64,000 nucleotides of DNA from an uncultured Candidatus Entotheonella sp. (GTDB lineage: Bacteria; Tectomicrobia; Entotheonellia; Entotheonellales; Entotheonellaceae), in assembly GCA_965217185.1 (NCBI GenBank), contig OZ244252.1, positions 1,504,001 to 1,568,000 on the forward strand. Reading direction: 5' to 3'. A model generated the notes under the pieces. That model was not told the origin of the DNA. It did not search any database and saw nothing but the letters and a program-made list of their open reading frames with translations. Shown here one piece after another: positions 1-9,197 of the stretch; position 1 is the stretch's first letter; the number at the start of each line of letters is the position of its first letter. Position numbers and translations under genes: made by a program.

Positions 1-4
1 CGGC

Positions 5-328
5 GTGGTTGCCTTGGCTATGCCGTACGTATTTTTGTCCAATACCCTGGGCTATCCCGACCCGTGGCCGGGAAGCGGCGTCTATGACGTGCTGGGTTGG
101 GACATTGACGAATCGCGGCAGGAAATTTATCTGTTTGTGGCTCAGGAGGATGATTCCACGCCGCGCCATTACCAGGTGCCGTTCAATCTGGAAGCGGCCC
201 TGACTTTGCAGGAAGCGCAGGAAACGCTGACCATCTTCGAGAAACTCTCGGTGCGAATCGAACCCGGTGCGACGCCGGACATGCCCGCCTATCATTTTCT
301 CGTGCGCCAGAAGAGCGAGGCTGATTAA
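5..328 (+). CDS. hypothetical membrane-anchored protein, probably 5'-truncated by the window edge; paralogue of the next gene
   Basis: ORF begins at the window edge. EIYLFVAQEDDSTPRHYQVPF matches SLYIYVEALEQDDTPRLYRIPF in the next ORF. Confidence 0.6.
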   Translation: MVALAMPYVFLSNTLGYPDPWPGSGVYDVLGWDIDESRQEIYLFVAQEDDSTPRHYQVPFNLEAALTLQEAQETLTIFEKLSVRIEPGATPDMPAYHFLVRQKSEAD

Positions 329-330
329 CT

Positions 331-798
331 ATGCCGTTCACACCCTACGCAGGTCTTCTGGCCCTCCATACGGGCTGCATACTGGTCATTTTCCTCGCCA
401 TCTTCCTGTCTGGACGCAAACTGAAAGCCTTAGCCGCCATTGCGGGCGCTGTGGCCATCTGGCTGCCCTTGGGGATTCAATTGCAGGCCCTCGGCCATCC
501 CAATCCCAAGCCGCCCCAAGGAGATTATCAATTGCTGGCCACCCAACCAAGCGCCTCAGAAGAGTCGTTGTACATCTACGTCGAGGCGCTGGAGCAAGAC
601 GATACGCCGCGGCTTTATCGCATCCCCTTCCCTAAAATCACCTACGAGCGCTTGGAGACAGAGGGCAACGCGGACAATGAGATACGGGTGATCCGCGTCG
701 AACCGGGTGAGAGCACGGAGTTTGAAGTGTTCTACATCAACTACGAGCCGCCCGATCTCATCAAGGGCGAACCCAGGCGCGGCACCCGGTATCAGTAG
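331..798 (+). CDS. hypothetical membrane protein (two N-terminal TM segments)
   Basis: 155-aa ORF starting 2 nt after the upstream stop, with a hydrophobic N-terminus. Confidence 0.7.
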   Translation: MPFTPYAGLLALHTGCILVIFLAIFLSGRKLKALAAIAGAVAIWLPLGIQLQALGHPNPKPPQGDYQLLATQPSASEESLYIYVEALEQDDTPRLYRIPFPKITYERLETEGNADNEIRVIRVEPGESTEFEVFYINYEPPDLIKGEPRRGTRYQ

Positions 799-830
799 CA
801 TCTACCGATCGGGAGCGCTTCCAGGACAGT

Positions 831-1058
831 TCAAGCGTCTGAGCGTGATGATGGATGCTCTCGGGTAATCCGAATCAAAAATCGCAGCGCTTCATTGACG
901 GCTTGGGCGTCTGGAAATACCGCCGCGACATCGGCTTCCAACCGGACGTTCAATTCGCTGAAGCCCTGCCGACCAAGGCCGACCTTTCTCAGCCGCAGGC
1001 TCCTTAAATCATATTCCGGCCGAAGCTCATCTCCCATGTCGGTTTCAGCCTTCTTCAT
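831..1058 (-). CDS. BrnA-like antitoxin
   Basis: DELRPEYDL and VRLEADVAAVFPDAQAVNEALR motifs; overlaps the end of the BrnT-like gene. Confidence 0.75.
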   Translation of the reverse strand: MKKAETDMGDELRPEYDLRSLRLRKVGLGRQGFSELNVRLEADVAAVFPDAQAVNEALRFLIRITREHPSSRSDA

Positions 1059-1283
1059 AAGCGGTTCTTTCCCTCCGTGTCGCTTCCCTTGCTAGGAGAC
1101 GATCAGGAAACGGCGCTGTTGCGATTGACCCACGATGATATAACGGTCCTCCGCCTCGGAATGGTCGGGGTCATGGAAATCGATGTGGAATGGATCATCA
1201 AAGACGGTCTTCGCTTCGTCAAACGAGACCCCATGCTTTGACAAATTGGCCGCTGCTTTGCTTTCGTCCCATTCGAATTCCAT
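1045..1283 (-). pseudogene. BrnT family toxin inactivated by an internal deletion and frameshift
   Basis: MEFEWDESKAAANLSKHGVSFDEA...EDRYIIVG...LIVS ends at TAG (1092-1094). The expected C-terminus AREATRRERTAYEEG* follows directly in another frame and ends at 1045. Confidence 0.8.
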
Positions 1284-1403
1284 GAGCTCCACGATACCAT
1301 TGGCTGCATTCGTCCGCCGCGGCTCAGGGCCGCGGTGGCACGCGGTTAGAGCTGTCAGGAGAGCGGCTCTCAACCGGGCATGGTCGTGGGGGCCGGCACG
1401 CCC

Positions 1404-1847
1404 CTACAGCGCCGCCTTGTTACAGCGGCAGGTACCGATCTGGTGCAGCTCGATGATGTTGTCGAAGGGATCGCGCACGAATATCTGATCGGATCCCTGG
1501 CCGACGAGACCCTCGATTTGCCAGTACCAGATGCCGCGGGCCTCCAGATCGCGTTTGGCTTCCTGGATGTCCTCGACCGCGAGGGCGACGTGCGGGTGGG
1601 TGGGGTCTTCCTTTTCGCTGCGCGCGACGGGCGACATGCCGACGGCACCCATGAGGTGTATCTGCGAGGTGTTGTCGCCTTCGCCGATGTACATCCAGAA
1701 GCCGGGAATACCGGGGATCGTGGGCCGGCCGGCGTCGGTCTCCAGCCCCAGCACGTCGCTGTAAAAGGCGCGTGCCTTTTCGACTTCGCCATCTTCCTTG
1801 CCGATGCGAATGCCGTGGTGATGCAGTTCAAGAACCTTGATTGCCAT
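1404..1847 (-). CDS. VOC/glyoxalase family protein
   Basis: LHHHGI, ARAFYSDVLGL, HVALAVEDI and QIFVRDPFDNIIEL motifs. Confidence 0.85.
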   Translation of the reverse strand: MAIKVLELHHHGIRIGKEDGEVEKARAFYSDVLGLETDAGRPTIPGIPGFWMYIGEGDNTSQIHLMGAVGMSPVARSEKEDPTHPHVALAVEDIQEAKRDLEARGIWYWQIEGLVGQGSDQIFVRDPFDNIIELHQIGTCRCNKAAL

Positions 1848-1972
1848 GTGCGGTCTCCTTTTGCCGAGGGGGAATCAAATGCGGGTTTTGCTGCCGATGT
1901 AACGGCTTTCAACAACGCGCTATTCTGCATGCGCCGGGTTCGGGAAACAAGCCGATTCGGGTCCCTCGCGGC

Positions 1973-2755
1973 CTACTGAAAGGCGCGTGGAAACAGGCGC
2001 TTGGCGTTAGCGGTTGTAATTCGGGCCACTTCTTCCACTGGCACGCCCTTGATAGCGGCGATGTGCTGGCAGGAGAGCCAGACGTTGCACGGCTCGTTGC
2101 GTACGTCTTTCTCGGGACCCAGAACGGGGGCGTCGGACTCCAGCAGCAAGTACTCCAGCGGCAGGTGGCGAACGAGTTTCTGTTTCTGCGGCGAACGGAC
2201 GATCGAAGGGGGAATGGAAAAATAGTAGCCCGCTTCGATACCGGCGCGAGCGGTGGCGGCTTTGCCGTCGAAGGCGTGCAGCAGAACGTGCCGGGCGCCG
2301 TTGTCGCGCAGCCAGGCGATGGCGTGACGGCCAGCGGAACGCGAGTGGACGTTGAGCGGCATATCGAGTTCGCGGGACAGGGCAATGTGCTGCGCCAGAA
2401 TGTCGCGCTGCACCTCGCGGTCAGCGGCGTCCTGCACCTTCCAGTAATCCAGGCCAACCTCGCCGATGGCCACCAGTCGGTCCTGGTACTGGCGGATGAA
2501 GTCCAGCATCGCCGCCGCTGCATCGCGGTCCAGAATCGTCGGGTACAGCCCGGCACAGGGCTTGATGAGCGGATGGCGGTCCGCCAACTCGATGACTCGC
2601 TCCGCTTCCGCGAGCGTTTCGCTCACGCAGAGAACCACCTGCACGCCTTGGGTGGCCGCTCGGTCCAGCACATCGTCCAGGTCGTCGGCAAACGCCGCCG
2701 CGTACAGGTGGGCGTGGGCGTCGAAAAGCGGCAGAGCGGATTCGTGCGGTGTCAT
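1973..2755 (-). CDS. TatD family hydrolase
   Basis: DAHAH, AIGEVGLDY, LNVHSR, LLHAF and LLESDAP motifs. Confidence 0.9.
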   Translation of the reverse strand: MTPHESALPLFDAHAHLYAAAFADDLDDVLDRAATQGVQVVLCVSETLAEAERVIELADRHPLIKPCAGLYPTILDRDAAAAMLDFIRQYQDRLVAIGEVGLDYWKVQDAADREVQRDILAQHIALSRELDMPLNVHSRSAGRHAIAWLRDNGARHVLLHAFDGKAATARAGIEAGYYFSIPPSIVRSPQKQKLVRHLPLEYLLLESDAPVLGPEKDVRNEPCNVWLSCQHIAAIKGVPVEEVARITTANAKRLFPRAFQ

Positions 2756-2767
2756 CTGCCAACGGCC

Positions 2768-3673
2768 TCAGAAAATGGCAATCGGGTGCGCCGGGGCGCC
2801 AGTAGCACCGACGAGCGGCAGCGGCATGGCCGAGAAAAAGAACTCGTAACGGCCCTGCTCGGCGCAAGCCACCGCCAGACGCTCGGGGTCAACGTTGTCG
2901 ATGAGGGCCAGGCCGAGGAACGGAATGGCCAGGTGTGTGCCCATGCCGAAGCCTTCGTAGCCGCTCGGGCGCTCGTCCATCATGTCCCAGGCGATGGCGG
3001 CGATGTCCTTTTCGCGGAACCATTCCATGCACGACAAATTCAGCCCCGGGTGCGGCGAGATGCGCGGCCGCCAGTCCGGATGGGCGGCGCGAAACGTCTC
3101 GTCGCCGCCGCGCACCACGACCACGTCGCCGGGTTCCACCTGCACGCCGGCGCGGCTGGCAGCGGCGTCCAACTCCTTGGGCGTGACCGGATGCCCAACG
3201 GTAATGTGCCCTTCCTTGCGCCCGGCGGCGATGTCCAGCAGCACACCGCGTGTGAGGATGCCCTTGTTGAAAATGGGGTCGATGGGACACCAGGTGGCGC
3301 CCTCAACGGTCAGGCTGTCGGCGAACGGGCGCCCGTTGTACAACTCCCCGTCCCAGGCCACGTGGCACAGCGCGTCGACGTGCGTGATCCAGAAGCCGTG
3401 GTACACCATGTCGAAGCGGTCCAGCACGATGTCCACCCGCTCCCGTTTCGCCGGGAAGGTGACGTGGTACATGTACACCGGACGGGGCACCACGTCCCGC
3501 GCCAGCGACACCGCCAACCCGCTGCGGATGAGATCCTTCGCCGCCGCCTGCTTGGCCGGCGTGATCAGGTTCAGCGTGCCGAGCTGGTCGTCGTTGCCCC
3601 AGCGGCCCCAATTGTTGAGTTCTTTGAAGTAACCTTCCACACGGTCCTGCGTTGGTATCACCACCGCCGTCAT
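2768..3673 (-). CDS. cyclase family (kynurenine formamidase-like) metal hydrolase
   Basis: NWGRWGNDDQLGTLN, HGFWITHVDALCH and RGVLLD motifs; GAGGAG RBS before the ATG at 3673. Confidence 0.85.
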   Translation of the reverse strand: MTAVVIPTQDRVEGYFKELNNWGRWGNDDQLGTLNLITPAKQAAAKDLIRSGLAVSLARDVVPRPVYMYHVTFPAKRERVDIVLDRFDMVYHGFWITHVDALCHVAWDGELYNGRPFADSLTVEGATWCPIDPIFNKGILTRGVLLDIAAGRKEGHITVGHPVTPKELDAAASRAGVQVEPGDVVVVRGGDETFRAAHPDWRPRISPHPGLNLSCMEWFREKDIAAIAWDMMDERPSGYEGFGMGTHLAIPFLGLALIDNVDPERLAVACAEQGRYEFFFSAMPLPLVGATGAPAHPIAIF

Positions 3674-3877
3674 TCCCATCTCCTCTGCTGTGTCTTCATC
3701 CCCGCCGTTACGCCGCTCGGTGTTTATCTTGCCTACCGTCCTGCCCGAACGCAACTTGCCCACTGACAACGACCACCGCTTGACCTCCCGCACCAGCTTT
3801 AGTAGTGTGCCACGCCAACAGCCAGGTGCCTAAAGCTGGGCTCCGCGCGGGGCGAAACGATAAACAGGGAGGCGATT

Positions 3878-5245
3878 ATGGACCTCGATGCACGGTATTC
3901 CAGGCGCGACTTCGTTGCGATGACTGCCGGGTTGGCAGCTATGGGGTTGACCACCAGCCTGACACCGGACCTGTTGCACGCGCAGGCCGGCGGCGACCTC
4001 AAGGGCGTCACCATCGTTTACTGGAACATGATCGGGGTGCAGAATCCCATCGTCAAACGCCTCTCCGCCTCGATTGTCAAGGCCTTCGAGCAACGCACGG
4101 GCGCCAAGGTGAAGATGACCTGGGACACCTACGGCAGCATCATCGGCCCCAAGTACCGCACCAACTTCGTCGCCGGCAAAATTCCCACGGTGTTCGACGG
4201 CTCCAATCGCTGGAGCGGCCAGTTGCGGAGCTTCCTGCGGCCGATGAACGACTTTATCGCCGACCTGGACCCGGAGACTCACGCGGCTATCGCCTGGCTG
4301 CTGCCACTGGTCGAGCAGCAGAATCGCGGCTACCCCGACGCCGACCAGATCTACGACCTCCCCTTCACGCTAATCCCGCAGGCGCCGTTCGTGACCCGCC
4401 TCGACCACTGGAAGCAAGCCGGCCTGGACTTCGACAGCAATTGGCCCATCCGAGACACCGAGCATCTCGTCGAGGTCCTCACCGCTTTGCGATCCGTTAC
4501 CGAGTACCCCTACGAGGTGTACGGCAAAATCTGGGACGCCGGCGACACGCAGTTGAACGGCTGGGTGCGGTCGCTGGACATCCCCAACAGCGACTTCATC
4601 AACGACGACTGGAGCCGCTCCACCTGTGACAGCGACGCTTGGTTCACCGCGGTGCAGTTCTATATCGATCTGTACCGCAAGTACGGCTTCTCATCGCCGA
4701 ACACCCCGCAAAGCACCGATGAGAACGCCGTGGAGCAACTCATTCGCGGCAAGAAAAGTCTCGTGCACGCCGACATCCTCAACCGCGGCACGATCATGCG
4801 CCGCATGCGGCGTGGGATTCAAGATGGCACCATCCAGTGGGGACCGCACTGCCCGATGGCCGGCGGCACCACCGGCTCGACGGCGTTTTTGGCCATGAGT
4901 TCGTTCAGCATTGCCCGGCAGGAAGGCCCGGACGCCGCCATCAAGGAAGCAGCCGCCTGGGAATTCATCAAGGAGTGGCTGCTGCCGGAGAATCAAATCG
5001 CCCTGGCCAAAAGCAGCGGCTTGTGTGCCCGCCGCGACCTGTGGGAGGATCTGAAAGGCGCCCCGGACCACTACATCGAGGCCGTCACATCCATGCTGGA
5101 TAATCCCGGCGTGTGGAGCAACCATGTCAGGAGCGTAGATATTCAGTACAATCTGTTCGCGCCGCACATCCAGCAGGCCATGCAGGGAAACGACGTGGCC
5201 AGCGAGTTGCGCGCCTATGCCGCTGCAGTCAACAAAATCCTGTAA
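3878..5245 (+). CDS. carbohydrate ABC transporter substrate-binding protein, Tat-exported
   Basis: SRRDFV twin-arginine signal; first gene of an ABC operon. Confidence 0.85.
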   Translation: MDLDARYSRRDFVAMTAGLAAMGLTTSLTPDLLHAQAGGDLKGVTIVYWNMIGVQNPIVKRLSASIVKAFEQRTGAKVKMTWDTYGSIIGPKYRTNFVAGKIPTVFDGSNRWSGQLRSFLRPMNDFIADLDPETHAAIAWLLPLVEQQNRGYPDADQIYDLPFTLIPQAPFVTRLDHWKQAGLDFDSNWPIRDTEHLVEVLTALRSVTEYPYEVYGKIWDAGDTQLNGWVRSLDIPNSDFINDDWSRSTCDSDAWFTAVQFYIDLYRKYGFSSPNTPQSTDENAVEQLIRGKKSLVHADILNRGTIMRRMRRGIQDGTIQWGPHCPMAGGTTGSTAFLAMSSFSIARQEGPDAAIKEAAAWEFIKEWLLPENQIALAKSSGLCARRDLWEDLKGAPDHYIEAVTSMLDNPGVWSNHVRSVDIQYNLFAPHIQQAMQGNDVASELRAYAAAVNKIL

Positions 5246-5269
5246 TCCCCGAATAACCCCGGAAATTCG

Positions 5270-6241
5270 ATGGCCCGTCAAGAAGCGCTACATCCTGGGC
5301 ACGCCCTCGACATCAGCCCTGCCCTTCCTGCCGCCGCGGCTGCCAGCCGCCCCACACCAGCTGGCACCGATCGTTGGCTGATCTGGCTGTTCCTGTTGCC
5401 CACCGTGTTGTTCCTCGTCCTGCTGCTGTGGCTGCCGTTCCTGCAGGGCGTGTGGATGAGTTTCCACAAGTGGCCGTTCATCGGCGAGCCGCAATGGATC
5501 GGCCTGCAGAATTACCGTGACCTGTTCGGCGCGGCGTATTTCTGGACCACGATGCGCGTCACCCTGTTGTACTCGCTGAGCACCGTTCTGCAATTGGCCC
5601 TGGCCCTCGTCGCCGCCCTGACGCTGAACCAATCATTCATCCCCCTGAAATCCGTGTGGCGCGGCGTCATGCTGATGCCTTATGCCATGCCGCCGGTGGT
5701 CGTCGGCGCGATCTGGATGTACCTGCTCGACCCCGACCTTGGCATGGTGACGCACTATCTGCTGAGCTGGGGCATCATCTCTGAGCCGATCTACTGGTTC
5801 TCGGATCCGGTGTGGGCCAAGTGGATCATCATGCTGGTGGCGTCGTGGACCTTCTGGCCGTTCATGTTCATCATCCTGCTGGCGGCCCTGCAGGCCATAC
5901 CCGGGAGCTACTACGAGCTCGCGGAGGTCTACGGCGCCAATCCGTGGCGACGTTTCTGGGTGGTGACCCTGCCACACATTCGCGGCGCCATGCTTGCCGC
6001 GGTGATCATCCGCATCGCCTGGAATCTGGCCAAGATCGAGCAACCCTTCCAACTCACCGGCGGTGGCCCGGGCTACGAAACCAGCGTCCTCAGCATTCTG
6101 ACCTACCGCTTCGCCTATCTGTCGGGTGATTTCGGCATGGCGTTCACCGTCGGGCTGCTCCTCATCCTGGTCACCTTCGTGCTCATCGCGCCGTTTCTGC
6201 GCGGCTTTCAGAAGCAGATCAAGCAGGCACGGAGGCGCTGA
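5270..6241 (+). CDS. carbohydrate ABC transporter permease
   Basis: Multiple TM segments, WIGLQNY, and an EAA-like loop YELAEVYGA. Confidence 0.9.
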   Translation: MARQEALHPGHALDISPALPAAAAASRPTPAGTDRWLIWLFLLPTVLFLVLLLWLPFLQGVWMSFHKWPFIGEPQWIGLQNYRDLFGAAYFWTTMRVTLLYSLSTVLQLALALVAALTLNQSFIPLKSVWRGVMLMPYAMPPVVVGAIWMYLLDPDLGMVTHYLLSWGIISEPIYWFSDPVWAKWIIMLVASWTFWPFMFIILLAALQAIPGSYYELAEVYGANPWRRFWVVTLPHIRGAMLAAVIIRIAWNLAKIEQPFQLTGGGPGYETSVLSILTYRFAYLSGDFGMAFTVGLLLILVTFVLIAPFLRGFQKQIKQARRR

Positions 6242-6249
6242 ACAGCCCT

Positions 6250-7083
6250 ATGGCCATGTACACGCAGCGTTCAACCCTCACGCAGATAGTACTCGGCTAC
6301 GGCGGTCTCGCCGTGGTTCTGCTGATCGTCCTGATCCCATACAGCTACATTGCCCTCACCGCCTTCAAGCCGGCCGAGGAAATTTTCGACGTGCGTTGGC
6401 TCCCCAGGGTGTGGAGCCTGGACGCTTGGCGCTATGCCATCGAATTCGAACAGTTCCACGTCTACATCTACAACAGCATGATCGCCGGGCTGGGCGCCGC
6501 GGTGCTGGCGCTGTGCGTCGCCGTGCCGGGCGCCTACGTCTTCGGGCGCAAGCAGTTCCGCGGCAAGGACGTGATGTTCTACATCATCGTCATGGCGCTG
6601 CTGTTTCCCTTCGTGCTGCTCGTCGTGCCGTTCACCATCCTGTGGGTGAAGATCGGACTTTACGACACCATGCCGGGGTTGTGGCTGGCGTACCAGGTGT
6701 TCATCATCCCCTTCGCCATCTGGATTCTGCGCGCCTATTTCGCCGAGTTGCCGCCGTTCCTCGAAGAGTGCGCCATGGTTTACGGCTGCACGGCGTTCAA
6801 GGCGTTTTGGCGCGTCATGCTGCCGCTGGCCAAGCCGATCATCACCTCGCTGATGTTTCTCGCCTTTCTGGTCGGCTGGAACGATTTTCTGTTCTCCAAC
6901 ATGCTGACGACGGGCGAAGGGCCGCGCACCGCATCGGTCATCATTTACGTCTCGGCAGTAGGCGGCGAGCGCGTCGAGTGGGACGTGCTGATGGTCATGA
7001 CGCTGATGGCCGGCATCCCGCCGGTGCTGCTGTATATCCTGGCGCAGGGCCAATTCCTGAAGACATTCGCCGTTCGCGGCTAA
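6250..7083 (+). CDS. carbohydrate ABC transporter permease
   Basis: EAA-like loop LEECAMVYGC and WNDFLF. Confidence 0.9.
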   Translation: MAMYTQRSTLTQIVLGYGGLAVVLLIVLIPYSYIALTAFKPAEEIFDVRWLPRVWSLDAWRYAIEFEQFHVYIYNSMIAGLGAAVLALCVAVPGAYVFGRKQFRGKDVMFYIIVMALLFPFVLLVVPFTILWVKIGLYDTMPGLWLAYQVFIIPFAIWILRAYFAELPPFLEECAMVYGCTAFKAFWRVMLPLAKPIITSLMFLAFLVGWNDFLFSNMLTTGEGPRTASVIIYVSAVGGERVEWDVLMVMTLMAGIPPVLLYILAQGQFLKTFAVRG

Positions 7084-7100
7084 TAACCAGGGAGTACGGG

Positions 7101-8198
7101 GTGGCCGAAAACATCGGCATTCGAGTGCATAATCTTCGCAAGACCTTCCAGCGCGGCCACGTGCAGGCGTGCCGCGACGTCAACCTGCAACTCGCCGAGG
7201 GCGCCCTGATGGTGCTGCTCGGCCCGTCCGGCTGCGGCAAGACCACGACGCTGCGCTGCATTGCCGGCCTGGAGCAGCCGGATAACGACGACGCCATCTG
7301 GGTGAAGGGCCGCAATATCACCCGGCTGCAGCCCAAGGACCGCAACCTGGCGTTCGTGTTCCAGGACACGGCGCTGTTTCCGCACCTGAGCATCCGGCGC
7401 AACATCTCCTTCGGCCTGGACATGCACAAGACCTACGGACGCGCTGAACGCCGCCGGCGGGTGCACGAGGTGGCCGAACTGCTGCACGTCGAAGATCTTC
7501 TGGAACGCAAGCCGCACGAGGTGTCCGGCGGCCAGGCGCAGCGGGTGGCGCTGGGTAGAGCGATCGTCATGGAACCCGACGCCTTTCTGCTGGATGAGCC
7601 CCTTGCCAACCTCGACGCCGCGCTGCGCGTGGAAATGCGCACGGAAATCAAGCGCATTCAGAAACGTCTCGGTATCTCGACGATCTTCGTGACGCATGAT
7701 CAGGAGGAGGCGTTGTCCCTCGGCGACGTCATTGCCGTGATGAAAGACGGCGAAGTTCAACAGGTTGGCACGCCGCACGACATTTACCACCACCCGGCCA
7801 ATTTTTTCGTCGCCACCTTCATTGGCTCGCCGCCGCTCAACTGCCTGCCGTGCCAGGTGCAGACGGACAACGGCACACTCAACCTCGCCTCTCGGGCATT
7901 CCGGTTGCCTCTCGAAGCGGCCGACGGGACGGCGTCGTTGCGGCACCAGGGAGAGATCATGCTTGGTATCCGCCCTGAGTTGATCGCCATCGCGCCCGAA
8001 CGGCCGGACACGGTGGCAGCGCGGGTCTCCCTCATCGAGCCCTTGGGTAGCCGTACGATTTTAATTCTGGAAGCGGGGGGCGTGGAGTTGCGGGCGCTGG
8101 TGCAAGGAGAAACGAGCGCCCGTGAGGGCGAAGCGGTGCATCTGCGGCTGGACCTGGAGCGGGCGTTTTTCTTCGACAACGCCGGCAACAGATTATGA
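7101..8198 (+). CDS. sugar ABC transporter ATP-binding protein (MalK/UgpC-like)
   Basis: Walker A GPSGCGKT, VSGGQAQR, LLDEP; GTG start after GGAG inside ORF 6126..8198. Confidence 0.92.
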   Translation: MAENIGIRVHNLRKTFQRGHVQACRDVNLQLAEGALMVLLGPSGCGKTTTLRCIAGLEQPDNDDAIWVKGRNITRLQPKDRNLAFVFQDTALFPHLSIRRNISFGLDMHKTYGRAERRRRVHEVAELLHVEDLLERKPHEVSGGQAQRVALGRAIVMEPDAFLLDEPLANLDAALRVEMRTEIKRIQKRLGISTIFVTHDQEEALSLGDVIAVMKDGEVQQVGTPHDIYHHPANFFVATFIGSPPLNCLPCQVQTDNGTLNLASRAFRLPLEAADGTASLRHQGEIMLGIRPELIAIAPERPDTVAARVSLIEPLGSRTILILEAGGVELRALVQGETSAREGEAVHLRLDLERAFFFDNAGNRL

Positions 8199-8226
8199 GC
8201 CCGCGGTGAAATAGAGGAATCGCCAA

Positions 8227-9156
8227 GTGCATTTTGCCGACCGCCTCTGCGCGGCCATCGACGCCAAAGGCAGTGCCGTCGTGGTGGGGCTTGATCCGCG
8301 CCCGGAGAGCCTGCCGCCGCACCTGTTGGCCGAGTGCCGCGCCGAGTTGGGTGACAACGTCCAGGCCGTGGCGGAGGCGTTGTGGCGTTTCAATCGCGGC
8401 ATCATCGACTCGGTGCACGATGTCGTCCCGGCGGTAAAACCGCAACTCGCTTTTTACGAGCGTTACGGTATTCCCGGCCTTCAGGCGTACGCCCGCACGA
8501 CGCAACATGCCAAAGAAGCAGGGTTGCTGGTCATCGCCGACGGCAAGCGTAACGACATCGGCTCCACAGCGGGCGCCTATGCCGAGGCGTTTCTCGGCGC
8601 TTCCGGCGACTTCACCGCCGATGCCCTCACCGTCAACCCGTTTCTCGGACGCGACGGCATCCAGCCGTTCATTGACTGCGCCCAGCAGCATGACCGCGGC
8701 GTGTTCGTGCTGGTCAAAACGTCCAATCCGTCCGCCGGTGACCTACAGGACATGCAGGTTGACGGGCAACCGTTATACGAACACCTCGGACGCTTGGTGG
8801 AAAGTTGGGGCGAAAGCAGCCGCGGACACAACGGCTATTCGAGTGTCGGCGCCGTCGTAGGCGCCACCTGGCCTGAGCAGGCGGCCCGCTTGCGTTCACT
8901 CATGCAGCACACCTTGTTTCTGGTGCCCGGCTACGGCGCCCAGGGCGCTACTGCGGCTGACGTGGCGTGCTGCTTCGACGACCGCGGACACGGCGCCCTG
9001 ATCAACGCCTCGCGCAGCATCATCTTCGCTTGGTCTGCTGAGCCCTACGCAAGCCGTTATACCGAATCTGATTATGGGGCGGCAGCGCGCGAGGCTGCAC
9101 AGCGCATGGGTGATGAGATCCGCAAGGCCCAGGGCCGGTTGTCTGGGGCGGGATGA
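8227..9156 (+). CDS. pyrF: orotidine-5'-phosphate decarboxylase
   Basis: VGLDP, KPQLAFYE, DGKRNDIGST, VKTSN, VPGYGAQG and NASR motifs. Confidence 0.95.
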   Translation: MHFADRLCAAIDAKGSAVVVGLDPRPESLPPHLLAECRAELGDNVQAVAEALWRFNRGIIDSVHDVVPAVKPQLAFYERYGIPGLQAYARTTQHAKEAGLLVIADGKRNDIGSTAGAYAEAFLGASGDFTADALTVNPFLGRDGIQPFIDCAQQHDRGVFVLVKTSNPSAGDLQDMQVDGQPLYEHLGRLVESWGESSRGHNGYSSVGAVVGATWPEQAARLRSLMQHTLFLVPGYGAQGATAADVACCFDDRGHGALINASRSIIFAWSAEPYASRYTESDYGAAAREAAQRMGDEIRKAQGRLSGAG

Positions 9157-9197
9157 TCGTGTGCCGCGCGGGATGATCCACGGAGAGGAGACACGCA

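Noticed and set aside
1841..3766. 641-aa plus-strand ORF (likewise 39818..41701, 29022..30155 and 53159..54412)
   Set aside because: These are antisense shadows of well-supported genes in GC-rich DNA and carry no recognisable motifs.
6126..7100. Apparent 325-aa N-terminal extension of the ABC ATPase
   Set aside because: It overlaps the permease in another frame; the GTG at 7101 has its own RBS.
9148..9178. GCGGGATGATC repeated twice at the pyrF end
   Set aside because: An 11-bp duplication with no further structure; not interpretable.
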